Shown here: positions 53,188 through 63,459 of the stretch, in pieces | How the letters are laid out: every line of letters begins with the position of its first letter | How positions within the stretch are numbered: position 1 is the first letter of the stretch | NCBI GenBank assembly: GCA_965231105.1 | Contig: OZ246417.1 | Location: 640,908 to 704,907 of the forward strand | Length of the DNA stretch: 64,000 nucleotides | Origin: an uncultured Candidatus Saccharibacteria bacterium | GTDB lineage: Bacteria > Patescibacteriota > Saccharimonadia > Saccharimonadales > JACDBH01 | Direction: 5' to 3' | Translations under genes and position numbers: made by a program | The notes under the pieces: model-generated | The model's input: the letters and a program-made list of their open reading frames with translations, nothing else | The model's database searches: none | What the model was told of the DNA's origin: nothing

Positions 53188-54221
53188 TTACCCTCCTGCA
53201 ACCTCTTTGCAACATCACCCACTTTTTGGGCATAATTTTTATTAGTAACTAAAAATCCATTCGCCGTGCTGACAACAACGATATTATCAAGCCCGATCAC
53301 TGCAACTGGTATATCGGTGTCATTACGAACATAACTGTTGGTGGTGTTTTCCATTTCTACACCATTACCCATCACATGATTACCGCCATCATCTTGCAGG
53401 CTAATCTCATGAAGGTCCTTAAATGATCCAACATCAGCCCAGTCAAAGGTACCGGGCACCACTACAGCATCGGTTACTTTCTCGGACAGAGCAGTATCAA
53501 TTGGTTCGGAAGAAAATTTAAGATACGTCTTTTCTAAATTCTTTGTGCCGAGTAGTTTATGGTAGTTCTTCCAAAGTTTTTTAGACCGCTCATGTATTTC
53601 GCGTTCAAATGTTTCAAGCGTGCCGATAAGATACCCTGTGTTCCAGAAATATTTACCACTTTCAAAGTATTTATCTGCAGTCTTCTTATCGGGCTTTTCT
53701 TTAAAGCTCGCTAAATGGTACGCGCCCGGCCAGTTTTTTAACTTGCCGTTACGTTCTAAATACCCGAAGCCCGTTGAAGGGTAGGTTGGCTCAACGCCTA
53801 TAAACACAAGTCTTTTCTCGTCTTCAGCTATGTTGCCGGCCTTTGAGATTGTGGCGGCAAATCCATAGCTATCCCGAATTAGATGATCAGCCCACAGAAA
53901 TAGGATTGGCTCATTATTAAAACCACGCTGCTTAATTTCGCTTAGGGCAAGCAGGAGACATGAAGCAGTTCCTCGGCGACCCGGTTCGATAAGAATATTT
54001 TTTTCATCAATTTCCGTTAGCTGTTCACGCACATGATTCGCATGTGATGTTTCGGGAATAATAAAGATTTTATCAGTACTTGTAAGTTGAGCAGCTCGAT
54101 CAACAGTGTTCTGAAGTAGGCTCTTTTCGTTCGTGAGACGAAGCAAATGCTTAGGGTATGCGTGTGTCGAAAGTGGCCACAAGCGTGTTCCCGACCCCCC
54201 GGCAATAATCACGGTTATCAT
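53184..54221 (-). CDS. manC: Mannose-1-phosphate guanylyltransferase (nucleotidyltransferase domain only)
   Basis: VIIAGGSGTRLWPLS, EPGRRGTA. ATG 54221 preferred. No cupin/isomerase C-terminal domain. Confidence 0.8.
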   Translation of the reverse strand: MITVIIAGGSGTRLWPLSTHAYPKHLLRLTNEKSLLQNTVDRAAQLTSTDKIFIIPETSHANHVREQLTEIDEKNILIEPGRRGTASCLLLALSEIKQRGFNNEPILFLWADHLIRDSYGFAATISKAGNIAEDEKRLVFIGVEPTYPSTGFGYLERNGKLKNWPGAYHLASFKEKPDKKTADKYFESGKYFWNTGYLIGTLETFEREIHERSKKLWKNYHKLLGTKNLEKTYLKFSSEPIDTALSEKVTDAVVVPGTFDWADVGSFKDLHEISLQDDGGNHVMGNGVEMENTTNSYVRNDTDIPVAVIGLDNIVVVSTANGFLVTNKNYAQKVGDVAKRLQEGK

Positions 54222-54296
54222 TCCACATAATAATACCAAAACCTCAAGACCGGGACCAGATTATTAATGAGTTTTTAAGAGTATTTTTTACATTCT

Positions 54297-55988
54297 TTAG
54301 CGAACAGGAAATTTGCCGTCAAATACCTGATAAATATCATAATTATAGATAGCTACTTGATACTGCTCATTGATATCTACCACTTCCTGTGGCCTACCCA
54401 ATTGCTCTACCGCCTCTTCAGGTGAGCAGTCACGAGTGTAAAATCCTTCTTTGTCATAAATGTAGAAGCTATTTGAACTCTCTTTGATATACGGGCCGCT
54501 GTCCACTAACCATTCCATAGGCTGCAAGCGTCCTTCTGGATTGCAGTATACCTGCAGGAAGGCGATGGACTGCTTCGAAAAGTACGTATTGGTGTTACCG
54601 CTCCAGTAATCGGCATAACCCTTGGTAAGATTCCGTTTTGTCATGAAATCGACCATCGTATCATTAATGGCATTTGGTCGCATATCTCCCTCGATAACTC
54701 GCGGCACAATATACAGAGTATTCATAAGGGACAACAAAAGCACAAGGGTAGTGACTGCAACTCTAAGTCCTTTCTTTGTCGTCTCAAGCAAAAGAGCAAG
54801 GATAAATGCGAGTCCAAATGGTGCAATAACTAAATAGCGAAATTCATTAAGATATTCGGACGGCTGCAGCATATAGATCACGCTGATTGTGATGGGCAAG
54901 ACCGCAATAAATATTTGCCAAGGATCCTTGTTTTTCTTACGCAAGCACCGCACAAGAATGTAGAGAGAAAATATAAACAACACGGCGATAAGAACAAAAT
55001 TCTGAAAAGCCAACACAAATGAATCGTTTGAAGCAGGATGTCGTATGTCTGCATTAAAGACTCTCATCATTGACTTGCCCCACAACTTTACATTTCCAGG
55101 TAGCTCATTAAGCTCCGCAACATGAATCTCACTGCCCGGTGACAGTACACCAAAATGGGCTATAGTTGGCGTCCACAATTTTGCCAATAGAATACTCAGC
55201 ACTAATACTCCTAAGATAATGCCTGTATTGCGTCGGGACTTAGGAGGTGCATCACGCCAGGTAAATAACAAAATGGCCATCAGAGGAACAAAAAATACAT
55301 AAAGAAAATAGGGATCGCTAAAAAGAAAGATACTCATACCCAAGACGAGAATTGGCAGCAATTTTTTATTAAGCTTACCTAGAAAAATAAATACTAATGG
55401 AATAAGTAATAGAAATGCGAGGCCAATCTCAAGATTACGAACATTAAGATTTTTAGCAATCATGTAAAGTCCTGGATTCGAAGCTAAGAAAAGCGTAGCG
55501 ACTGCCAGATGTTTATCGTGGAACCAATTAAATACACGCGAAAGTCTCGCCATCGCGTAATAGAAGAGCAGAAACATGCCGTATATAAATATAATGAGCG
55601 TAAGAAAGGCCGTCTTACGAGGGCTGAGATTTAAACCCTCCAAAATAAAGTAAATCGGCAATTTTAGAAAGAAATTATCCGTACCTAGAAAGGTAGTCTC
55701 GTGCGTTCCGCTTTGCCACCAATGAAGGTTGTTCTGCACGAATGTATCATCGCTATGAATAGGAATAGTAAAGATAATCCGCAAAAGATGGAAGCCAATT
55801 TCTAAAGCTAGTACCACAAAGAAAGTGGCCCGCCAATGTCTCTTTAAAAATACCGTGCTCTTTATATATGTATCAGTTACTCGTACGTAAGCTGACTTTG
55901 ATGCGCTCACCTTTTTCGGAGACGGCTTTTCAACCGACCTTTTTACGGTCTGCCGTTTTAGTTTTGTCTGCATTTTTCTTTGAGCCAT
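54297..55988 (-). CDS. Large polytopic membrane protein, possible GT-C-like glycosyltransferase
   Basis: 563 aa. Basic N-terminus, about 12 TMs, an acidic pair in the first loop (IPIHSDDTF), and a C-terminal soluble ~130-aa domain. Confidence 0.45.
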   Translation of the reverse strand: MAQRKMQTKLKRQTVKRSVEKPSPKKVSASKSAYVRVTDTYIKSTVFLKRHWRATFFVVLALEIGFHLLRIIFTIPIHSDDTFVQNNLHWWQSGTHETTFLGTDNFFLKLPIYFILEGLNLSPRKTAFLTLIIFIYGMFLLFYYAMARLSRVFNWFHDKHLAVATLFLASNPGLYMIAKNLNVRNLEIGLAFLLLIPLVFIFLGKLNKKLLPILVLGMSIFLFSDPYFLYVFFVPLMAILLFTWRDAPPKSRRNTGIILGVLVLSILLAKLWTPTIAHFGVLSPGSEIHVAELNELPGNVKLWGKSMMRVFNADIRHPASNDSFVLAFQNFVLIAVLFIFSLYILVRCLRKKNKDPWQIFIAVLPITISVIYMLQPSEYLNEFRYLVIAPFGLAFILALLLETTKKGLRVAVTTLVLLLSLMNTLYIVPRVIEGDMRPNAINDTMVDFMTKRNLTKGYADYWSGNTNTYFSKQSIAFLQVYCNPEGRLQPMEWLVDSGPYIKESSNSFYIYDKEGFYTRDCSPEEAVEQLGRPQEVVDINEQYQVAIYNYDIYQVFDGKFPVR

Positions 55989-56041
55989 GTATCCTTCTAT
56001 TCTAAAAATATTGCATGCTCAAAGAAAGGGTCTTTATTGAC

Positions 56042-57505
56042 CTACTTCTTTTCGACCAATCCCGTTTTAGTAATGACGGATGATTCTTGGTAGTTTTCGT
56101 AGTCAGTATTAATACCCCACAGATCATGATCTTTGCCTTCAGCAATATTTTCAGCAGCTAATAAACCCATAAGAATGCTGTGATCCTGGTTGTTATATTT
56201 GAATGCACCATAGCGACCGATAACTTGTAAGTTTTTATATTCACTTACAAATTTCTGAATTGTATTTAGTGGCTTCTTGTAACCAGTTTTATAAACTGGG
56301 TAGCAACGAGGGACACGAATTACTTTTCCATCTTCAACTTTTCCTGGCTTTACTAATCCGGTTTTAACAATCTCTTCTTTTGCAAGGTCAATATACTTTT
56401 TGTCAGTCCAGTGCCAAAAATCATCCTCATCAAAGCACCAATACTCAAGCGCAAGGATAGTTTCTTTCTTGCCGTTATTAATGCTCGGCACCCAGTTGCT
56501 GAAGTTAGTAATACGACCAGTGCGAAGTTCTGCACTATGCACATAAATCCAGTTGTCTGGGAAAATCTTACGAGCTTTAACTTTCAAATACACAATTAAC
56601 GTGTTGCGAAATTTTAAGTATTTATTTGCACGCTCAACTTTAGGCGGCAAGTTTTTAATACGACTCACAAGCAGAGTAAGTGGCATTGATGAAACTATTT
56701 GATCATAACTAATTTCCTTACCACTCGTAAGCTTAAGCCCGATCACCGTTTTGCCGCGCGTGAGCAATGAGTCAACGGGAGTTTCAAGATGAATAGTACC
56801 GCCATTTTTTTCAATGTATTTCTTCATGTTTTCATACACCTGCCCGGTACCATGGCGAGCATAGGCAAATTGGTCTACGAGTGTTTTGTGCTTCTCGCCC
56901 CCACCTCCAAATACCGCACTTTTAATGGCTTCGTAGAGTGAAAGTTTCTTAATGCGTTGTGCTGCAAAATCAGCATCAAGTTCAGTACAAGGAATGCCCC
57001 ACAGTTTTTCAGAATATGTCTTAAAGAAGTGCCGATAAAGGCGCTTGCCAAAACGAGCAGTCACCCAAGATTCAAACGTATCACCAAGTTCTTTTTTACC
57101 AGGCTTAATACGCTGCCAACCATAACTTCCGACGCATAGGATTGCTTCAAACACGCCGAGGTTTTTTAAAGCATCAAAGGCCTTAATGGGATAGTGATAA
57201 AACTTGTTGCGGAAGAAAATGCGCGTGAGGCGATCGACCATTTCATAGTCTTTACCAATCGCTTCAAGCCAAATTTTATTTACACGCGTGTCGCTACTGA
57301 AAAAACGGTGCGGTCCGATATCAACTGTCTGTCCCCATAATTTTATTGAGCGCGCCATACCCCCCACATGCGGTGAAGCTTCGTATAAATCAACTTTTAC
57401 GCCACGTTTTGTGAGCTCATATGCTGCAGCCATACCTGCTGGCCCAGCACCAATTACGGCCACTTTTAATTTCCCCTTTTTTCGTGCGCTCCCCGTCTTT
57501 GGCAT
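56042..57505 (-). CDS. FAD-dependent oxidoreductase, UDP-galactopyranose-mutase-like (tentative)
   Basis: 487 aa. Dinucleotide fold VAVIGAGPAGMAAAYEL..DLYEA and C-terminal GRYGAFKYNNQDHS resembling the GRLxxYxYxxMD motif of Glf. Confidence 0.6.
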   Translation of the reverse strand: MPKTGSARKKGKLKVAVIGAGPAGMAAAYELTKRGVKVDLYEASPHVGGMARSIKLWGQTVDIGPHRFFSSDTRVNKIWLEAIGKDYEMVDRLTRIFFRNKFYHYPIKAFDALKNLGVFEAILCVGSYGWQRIKPGKKELGDTFESWVTARFGKRLYRHFFKTYSEKLWGIPCTELDADFAAQRIKKLSLYEAIKSAVFGGGGEKHKTLVDQFAYARHGTGQVYENMKKYIEKNGGTIHLETPVDSLLTRGKTVIGLKLTSGKEISYDQIVSSMPLTLLVSRIKNLPPKVERANKYLKFRNTLIVYLKVKARKIFPDNWIYVHSAELRTGRITNFSNWVPSINNGKKETILALEYWCFDEDDFWHWTDKKYIDLAKEEIVKTGLVKPGKVEDGKVIRVPRCYPVYKTGYKKPLNTIQKFVSEYKNLQVIGRYGAFKYNNQDHSILMGLLAAENIAEGKDHDLWGINTDYENYQESSVITKTGLVEKK

Positions 57506-57514
57506 ACCCTCTCC

Positions 57515-57985
57515 CTAATATAAAATCTTTTTGCGTGCCAAAAAATTCCAAAAGAATACGACTATTGTAGACACGGCTTTTCCCACCCGATAGTCGATCT
57601 TTAATAACTCTACCATACCGGCTATGATTAGCAGATTAAAAATTAAACCAAACCCAGTAATTACAACAAAAATTAAAAACTCGTGCGAACGTTTAGCAAG
57701 TTTTCTTTCGGCAAAAACCCACGTCACACTTAATACATAGTTCACTAAAACACCCACGCTAAAACCGAGCGCTGCTGCAACAAGATAATTAATCCCAACG
57801 ACTTGTTTTAAAAACACAAGCGTAGAAAAATCTACGATTAATGCAATGACTGACACGATTAAACTTCGAATAAACTGAATCATGTAGTTACTGCTGCGCT
57901 CTAACGTGCAGGTTTCTTTAATAAGCAAAATCCCTCGATCAAAAAGACCAACCGGTACTGCGTTTGTGTTTTCCTTATTTCCCAT
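57515..57985 (-). CDS. GtrA-family membrane protein
   Basis: MIQFIRSLIVSVIALIVDF..NYVLSVTWVF..FFWNFLARKKILY. The real start is probably ATG 57883. Confidence 0.7.
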   Translation of the reverse strand: MGNKENTNAVPVGLFDRGILLIKETCTLERSSNYMIQFIRSLIVSVIALIVDFSTLVFLKQVVGINYLVAAALGFSVGVLVNYVLSVTWVFAERKLAKRSHEFLIFVVITGFGLIFNLLIIAGMVELLKIDYRVGKAVSTIVVFFWNFLARKKILY

Positions 57986-58052
57986 ACGTCTTTCTAGTCT
58001 AGCAGGAATCTTGCATTAGCATGAGCACTTACTTATAATAGTAGGTCCTAAT

Positions 58053-58685
58053 TTGAATATTTCCATTGTGCTTATGTTAAATATATTATATCGTAAAAAG
58101 GTGAAAACTATAAAAACAAAAAGATATAAAAATGGCCGTGTTTCCTCTAGAAAAAAGCTTCCGCTTAAATTAATTGTGCCGATTTTAATTATCGCCATCG
58201 TGGCTGCGGGTATTCTTATATATAAGAACCGCGAAAATAGTCCCGTAACAACCACAACTGCTGATGTAGCGCAGCCTGAAGAAGAACCAAAAATAGATCT
58301 AAATCCTCCAACCGAACAAGATAGAGAAGCAGTTGACCAACATAAGGAAGATTTAGGCAACCAGCAGCCTACACCTCCAAGCACATCTTCTAATGTCACC
58401 CCTATTATAAGTAGCGCAAATGATCTCGGGGATAGCATTGAGGTCCGGGCCTATATACCAGGTATTGTTGAAGCAAGTGGTACGTGTACGCTAACTCTCA
58501 CAAAAGATTCGCAACAAGTTACGGCTACATCTGCTGGCGTTGATAATGTCTCTCAAACAATCTGCACTCCTTTGTATGTTAATCAGAGCGAACTAAGTCT
58601 TGGAACATGGAGCGTAACCGTTTCATATAAGTCAGCAAAGTCAGCAGGCACCTCAACGCAGAAATCGGTAGTAGAGGTAAAATAG
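58053..58685 (+). CDS. Signal-anchored hypothetical protein
   Basis: About 195-210 aa (start ambiguous: TTG 58053, ATG 58074 or GTG 58101). Basic N-terminus, TM LIVPILIIAIVAAGILIY, Pro/Glu-rich linker, small Cys-containing domain. Confidence 0.55.
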   Translation: MNISIVLMLNILYRKKVKTIKTKRYKNGRVSSRKKLPLKLIVPILIIAIVAAGILIYKNRENSPVTTTTADVAQPEEEPKIDLNPPTEQDREAVDQHKEDLGNQQPTPPSTSSNVTPIISSANDLGDSIEVRAYIPGIVEASGTCTLTLTKDSQQVTATSAGVDNVSQTICTPLYVNQSELSLGTWSVTVSYKSAKSAGTSTQKSVVEVK

Positions 58686-58689
58686 AAAT

Positions 58690-60681
58690 ATGGGCAAGAG
58701 ACGAATAGCCTTTTTCCTACCAGTCCTGATCGCAGGATTTGTAGCAGCTTTTAGCGTAATTTCGTCACCCGTAGCAAATGCGCTTTCAGGCAGCGAATTT
58801 CAACCTGGCCGTATTATTGATAACAGTTTTTTCTTTCATAAAGACAGTATGAATGCTGCGAGCATTCAGTCGTTCTTAAACTCAAAAGTTCCTACCTGTG
58901 ATACGAATGGTGACCAACCATATCCCGGCTATGCAAATCGTCGTGAATACTCTGCGTCACGTGGCGTATCGACACCGTTTACATGTCTGAAAGATTACCG
59001 CGAGAATACTCCAACAAAATCAGCTGAGACGGGGTTATGCGGAGCATATGGTGGCGGTAACAATAGTGCCGCAGAAATTATCTTTTACGTTTCTCAAATT
59101 TGTGGCATCAATCCGCAGGTCTTAATTGTGCTCTTACAAAAAGAGCAGAGCCTTATTACGGACGATTGGCCATGGCCTATTCAATATAGAAGCGCAACTG
59201 GTTACGGCTGTCCTGATACTGCGCCGTGTGACAGTGAATATTATGGATTCTTTAACCAAGTCTACAATGCGGCCCGTCAATTTAAACGTTACGAGCGAAA
59301 CGCTAATTTATTTACCCACCGCGCCAATAATACGAGCTTCATTCAATACAACCCCAATGCCAGCTGCGGGGGTACAAACGTATATATACAAAACCAAGCA
59401 ACTGCCAATCTTTATAACTACACCCCATACCAGCCAAACGCGTCAGCCCTTAGTAATCTGTATGGTAGCGGAGATAGCTGTGGCGCATACGGTAACCGTA
59501 ATTTCTGGCGGATGTGGCGTGACTGGTTTGGCCCTACCATGGGCAAGGACTATGACTGGAGCTATGCCGGCATCAGCTTCTCTACAGGCTCTTCTAATGT
59601 AGTAGGCAATACAAAGGTCACTATTACCGTTAGCGCACGTAATACAGGCAATCAATCCTGGTCCGACAGCAACTTTCCTGTGCGACTTGCAACTTTCGCC
59701 CCAACTAATCATGCGAGCGCTCTTTATGATTCCACATGGGTAAACGCGACACAACTTGCCACCGTCAGTCCATCGGTTGTTATGCCCAATGAAATCGGCA
59801 CATTTACATTTGTAGCGAATATTCCTAATCGAGATGGCGCTTACTATGAACGATTTAATTTAGTCTCACAGGGGGTTGCCTGGTTCCCTGATCCTGAATT
59901 CTCGATTCAGCTTAACATTTCAAAATCGACCTATAAGTGGCAAATGGTCTCACAAAGCTCAACAACCGGATTCAGCATGCTGCCTGGTGCTACTTCACAG
60001 TTCACATTAGTCGCTAAAAATACCGGTAATACAACGTGGAGCAAAACTACCAACCCGGTACGGCTTGCGACATGGGCCCCATCATACCGCACAAGTCCCT
60101 TTGATGCGGGCGACTGGGTGAGTGCAGTTCGGGCTGCTACCTTATCTGAAGCATCGGTAGCTCCGGGACAAAACGGCACCTTTGTCTTTAATGTACGCGC
60201 CCCAAACCAGCCGGGCTTCTACGTCGAACGCTTCAACTTAGTCGCTGAAGGAGCGGCATGGTTCGAAGATCCGTGGATGGAATTCAATATCAATGTCGGA
60301 CGCCAACTTACATGGCAGATGGTTTCTCAGAGTTCAAACAAAGGCTTTGCGCTCACACCTGGCGAAACTGCACAATTTACCCTTGTCGCTAAAAATACTG
60401 GGAATAGCACCTGGAACAACAGCACGAATCCGGTACGATTAGCTACCTGGGAACCTTCGTATCGTACGAGCAAGTTCGATGACGGCAGCTGGGTTAATCA
60501 GTTCCGCGCAGCAAATCTTGTAGAGTCGTCAGTGGCTCCGGGGCAAAATGGTACATTTGTCTTTAATGTTCGAGCACCAAACCAACCGGGCTTCTACGTT
60601 GAGCGTTTTAATCTTGTTATGGAAGGGTTGGGTTGGTTCGTAGATCCGTGGATGGAATTCAATATCCACGTCCGACCGTAA
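58690..60681 (+). CDS. Secreted protein: Cys-rich N-terminal domain (possible wall-hydrolase-like) + three tandem ~125-aa Ig-like modules
   Basis: 663 aa. Signal peptide (FFLPVLIAGFVAAFSVISSPVANA). The N-terminal domain has GINPQVLIVLLQKEQSLITD and GYGCPDTAPC. Three modules are built on NTGNxxW..NPVRLATW..VAPGQNGTFVFNVRAPNQPGFYVERFNLV..W. Confidence 0.75.
   Translation: MGKRRIAFFLPVLIAGFVAAFSVISSPVANALSGSEFQPGRIIDNSFFFHKDSMNAASIQSFLNSKVPTCDTNGDQPYPGYANRREYSASRGVSTPFTCLKDYRENTPTKSAETGLCGAYGGGNNSAAEIIFYVSQICGINPQVLIVLLQKEQSLITDDWPWPIQYRSATGYGCPDTAPCDSEYYGFFNQVYNAARQFKRYERNANLFTHRANNTSFIQYNPNASCGGTNVYIQNQATANLYNYTPYQPNASALSNLYGSGDSCGAYGNRNFWRMWRDWFGPTMGKDYDWSYAGISFSTGSSNVVGNTKVTITVSARNTGNQSWSDSNFPVRLATFAPTNHASALYDSTWVNATQLATVSPSVVMPNEIGTFTFVANIPNRDGAYYERFNLVSQGVAWFPDPEFSIQLNISKSTYKWQMVSQSSTTGFSMLPGATSQFTLVAKNTGNTTWSKTTNPVRLATWAPSYRTSPFDAGDWVSAVRAATLSEASVAPGQNGTFVFNVRAPNQPGFYVERFNLVAEGAAWFEDPWMEFNINVGRQLTWQMVSQSSNKGFALTPGETAQFTLVAKNTGNSTWNNSTNPVRLATWEPSYRTSKFDDGSWVNQFRAANLVESSVAPGQNGTFVFNVRAPNQPGFYVERFNLVMEGLGWFVDPWMEFNIHVRP
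59554..60678 (+). repeat. Three in-frame tandem modules (period 375-383 nt); copies 2 and 3 are nearly identical
   Basis: NTGN cores are near 59618, 60001 and 60376. Copies 2 and 3 share an identical 30-aa block SVAPGQNGTFVFNVRAPNQPGFYVERFNLV. They also share an exact 25-nt string AGATCCGTGGATGGAATTCAATATC at 60267-60291 and 60642-60666. Confidence 0.8.
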
Positions 60682-60684
60682 TTC

Positions 60685-62340
60685 TTAGTATGTCGTTGGT
60701 TCAGGTAGCTTATAAATATATGCTGCCCAGTTACCAGAATTGTAGCTCTTACTTGGCATGCTTAAGTCTTGATTAAATCGTTCGCGTACTCGAGCTTTAT
60801 TAGGATCAGCAACCAGTATTACTACTTCGTTTATTCCTTGGCTCGGAAGAGTTTGCAACCGCTTCATGAGCTCTTCTATGGGCTTATCGTCCAGGTTGTA
60901 ATACCACACCTCCTGTTGAGGAGCCGCATAGAGATTGTTCATAAAATACGTGCCCCATGTCACGTTTATAAAGGCCGTTTTCGGATTTTGATTATCCGCT
61001 TGAACTTGTGCCAGCAACTCATCTTTGCTCCTTGTCGTACCTTGATAGACTGGCGCATTATTAACGCGCATCAGGAGATTAAGCCAAAATAGCCCGGTGA
61101 GTATTGCTATGCCGATAACTGCTCGATCCGGCAGTTTATTAAGCAGCAGAGCAACCAGCATGACCAAAAAGACCACAACAAGCGGAGCATGGTGCGTGGC
61201 GATTCCAAACGACACAATCGCAAATACAAAGACAATGACTGCACTTATAAATAAGTAGACCGGACGCCGATCTTTGAGAAGTTTCTTATTGCGGCTCCAC
61301 CACCATACGATTCCCACAAACAGGACGCCTGGGAAAAGATCACGAAGTCGTGAGGTCACATCAACAGCTACGGACGATATATGGTTTCCCTGGAATATCA
61401 AAGGAAAGAGCTTTTTAGTATTAATAACCGCTTCCCTTACACTCTCTACTCTTAAATTGAGCATTGAAAGATATTCGGCATAAAAATATCCTTTACGGTC
61501 AACCGTAAGAAGCAATAGTGCGGTGAGCGGTACGAAACTTACAAGAAAGGGGAGGCCCTGGCGTATCGTTGTGCGAACATTCACTAGCAGCTTACTTCTC
61601 TTTCTGTACGCGCGGTACGTGATATAGAGTGCAACCACCGGAAGCCACCACCCAAAACTTGGCTTAATCCAAAAGCCCACGAAAGCCAAGGCGCCTGCAC
61701 TGAGCATATATAAGTCTCGAGTCCGTTGCGGCTTTCTCTCAAAGCCTGTACGTATAAGTAACAAAATAATAAGAAGCAATATTGCAGAGAGCCCTATGGG
61801 GCCAGTGTCAACTATGAAGGAAAAGACAAAGGGCGCAAATATCAGTGCCGCCAAGAGTACATAGGTTAGTTTTACTCGGAGAAACTTAGCCATCAAAAAG
61901 GCAGTGATGAGGAAGAATACAAGTCCCTGAAATCTCACACTAAAGGGGGAGTTAAAAAGAAGATGGAACGGTGCATAAAAGAGGCCCGAGATACTGCCGA
62001 TGTAGTTATACGTCCGAAGTGGCAACCAAGTTGTTGTCTTAGGAAAACGCAGATTATCTTTCCTGCAACTTTCAGTGGCTACTTCTTCTATAACATCCGC
62101 ACCATCCGGCCGCACAACACACCCTACCGTCTGATAGGCTATGAACTCATCCATGTTATAGGGAATAAGTCGTGGTGAAGCAATCGTTACCAGCAAAAGA
62201 CCCAGCACAATAGCAACACCAAGCCCTCTAAGCCAATATTGAGTTAATACCCTCCGTGCGGTTTGCATTTCATGTATTGTACTAAATTTTGAAAACTCCT
62301 TAATACATATTGCTTGTTGTTTTTTGTTCTCATCGCCCAC
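60685..62340 (-). CDS. Large polytopic membrane protein, possible GT-C-like glycosyltransferase
   Basis: 551 aa. TM1 followed by a loop with IPYNMDEFIAYQ (D-E pair), about 11 more TMs, and a C-terminal soluble domain. Confidence 0.45.
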   Translation of the reverse strand: MGDENKKQQAICIKEFSKFSTIHEMQTARRVLTQYWLRGLGVAIVLGLLLVTIASPRLIPYNMDEFIAYQTVGCVVRPDGADVIEEVATESCRKDNLRFPKTTTWLPLRTYNYIGSISGLFYAPFHLLFNSPFSVRFQGLVFFLITAFLMAKFLRVKLTYVLLAALIFAPFVFSFIVDTGPIGLSAILLLIILLLIRTGFERKPQRTRDLYMLSAGALAFVGFWIKPSFGWWLPVVALYITYRAYRKRSKLLVNVRTTIRQGLPFLVSFVPLTALLLLTVDRKGYFYAEYLSMLNLRVESVREAVINTKKLFPLIFQGNHISSVAVDVTSRLRDLFPGVLFVGIVWWWSRNKKLLKDRRPVYLFISAVIVFVFAIVSFGIATHHAPLVVVFLVMLVALLLNKLPDRAVIGIAILTGLFWLNLLMRVNNAPVYQGTTRSKDELLAQVQADNQNPKTAFINVTWGTYFMNNLYAAPQQEVWYYNLDDKPIEELMKRLQTLPSQGINEVVILVADPNKARVRERFNQDLSMPSKSYNSGNWAAYIYKLPEPTTY

Positions 62341-62389
62341 ACATACCCCTTACTCCGTGCTACAATATCTCGGTAAATGAAGGATTATC

Positions 62390-63451
62390 GTGGATAAAAA
62401 GGCCAAGATTTACATTGCCGGACATCGAGGCCTTGTCGGCAGTGCTATCGTACGTAATTTAACCAAAAATGGTTATACCAATCTTATTTACCGGACTTCG
62501 AAAGAACTTGATCTCACTGATGCAGTCGCCACCGATGCATTCTTTGCCACTGAAAAGCCTGAATATGTTTTCCTTGCTGCCGCTAAGGTAGGGGGCATTC
62601 TTGGAAATTCTCTGTACAGAGCAGATTTTATTTATCAGAATCTTTTAATTCAAAACAGTGTGATTGGAGCAAGTTATAAGCATGGCGTTAAAAAACTACT
62701 TTTCCTCGGTAGCAGCTGTATCTATCCTAAGGATGCTCCGCAGCCCATAACTGAAGATAGTTTGCTTACGAGCGATCTCGAATACAGTAACGAACCATAT
62801 GCAATTGCTAAAATCGCTGGTATTAAATTGATTGAGAGTTTCAATATCCAGTACGGCACAAACTACCTCGCAATCCAGCCCACCAATTTGTACGGTCCTA
62901 ACGATAATTACGATTTAGAAACTGCTCACGGCTTTCCTATGATTATCAGAAAGTTCATTTTGGCACGATGGTTAGAAGAAGGAAACTTTGATCGTATCCG
63001 CAGTGATCTTGGCGTTGCGAATAAGAGCAACGACGAAATTAAGAAGCAGCTTGAAACCTATGGAATCTTTGAGAATGGAGGCAAGGTTTCTATTAAACTG
63101 TGGGGGAGCGGCAAGCCATACCGAGAATTTCTGCATTCCGATGACATGGCTGAAGCAAGTGTATTTGTTATGAATAGCGTTGATTTCTCTGATCTTACGA
63201 ATGGTCAGAAGGAAATTAAAAACACTCAGATTAATATTGGTACGGGCAGCGACATTACCATTAAAGACTTTGCTGAGCTGGTCAAGAAAATTACCGGCTT
63301 TACGGGCGAAATAGAGTTTGATCATTCTCATCCAGATGGTACTATGCGTAAGCTTTTAAATGTCGGTAGGATTCACGGTCTTGGATGGAAACACCGAATA
63401 GATCTTGAAGAAGGCGTGAAAGAAACCGTCGAAAGATATAGAGAACAGTAA
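62390..63451 (+). CDS. fcl: GDP-L-fucose synthase
   Basis: 353 aa (GTG start). IYIAGHRGLVGSAI, AAAKVGGI, ADFIYQNLLIQ, LLFLGSSCIYPK, NEPYAIAKIAGIKL, PTNLYGPNDN, REFLHSDDMA. Confidence 0.9.
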   Translation: MDKKAKIYIAGHRGLVGSAIVRNLTKNGYTNLIYRTSKELDLTDAVATDAFFATEKPEYVFLAAAKVGGILGNSLYRADFIYQNLLIQNSVIGASYKHGVKKLLFLGSSCIYPKDAPQPITEDSLLTSDLEYSNEPYAIAKIAGIKLIESFNIQYGTNYLAIQPTNLYGPNDNYDLETAHGFPMIIRKFILARWLEEGNFDRIRSDLGVANKSNDEIKKQLETYGIFENGGKVSIKLWGSGKPYREFLHSDDMAEASVFVMNSVDFSDLTNGQKEIKNTQINIGTGSDITIKDFAELVKKITGFTGEIEFDHSHPDGTMRKLLNVGRIHGLGWKHRIDLEEGVKETVERYREQ

Positions 63452-63459
63452 AAAAGAAA

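Noticed and set aside
59126-59754. Track ORFs 59126..59602 (+, 158 aa) and 59443..59754 (-, 103 aa) overlapping the 663-aa secreted-protein gene
   Set aside because: They are out-of-frame or antisense to a gene with a signal peptide and clear domain repeats. Their translations are low-information and there are no independent start signals.
62930-63110. About 35-aa insertion in Fcl (RWLEEGNFDRIRSDLGVANKSNDEIKKQLETYGIFENGG) relative to the E. coli enzyme
   Set aside because: As far as I recall, longer GDP-fucose synthases of about 350 aa with an insert at this position exist in other bacteria. All catalytic motifs are intact. It is probably an ordinary subfamily feature.
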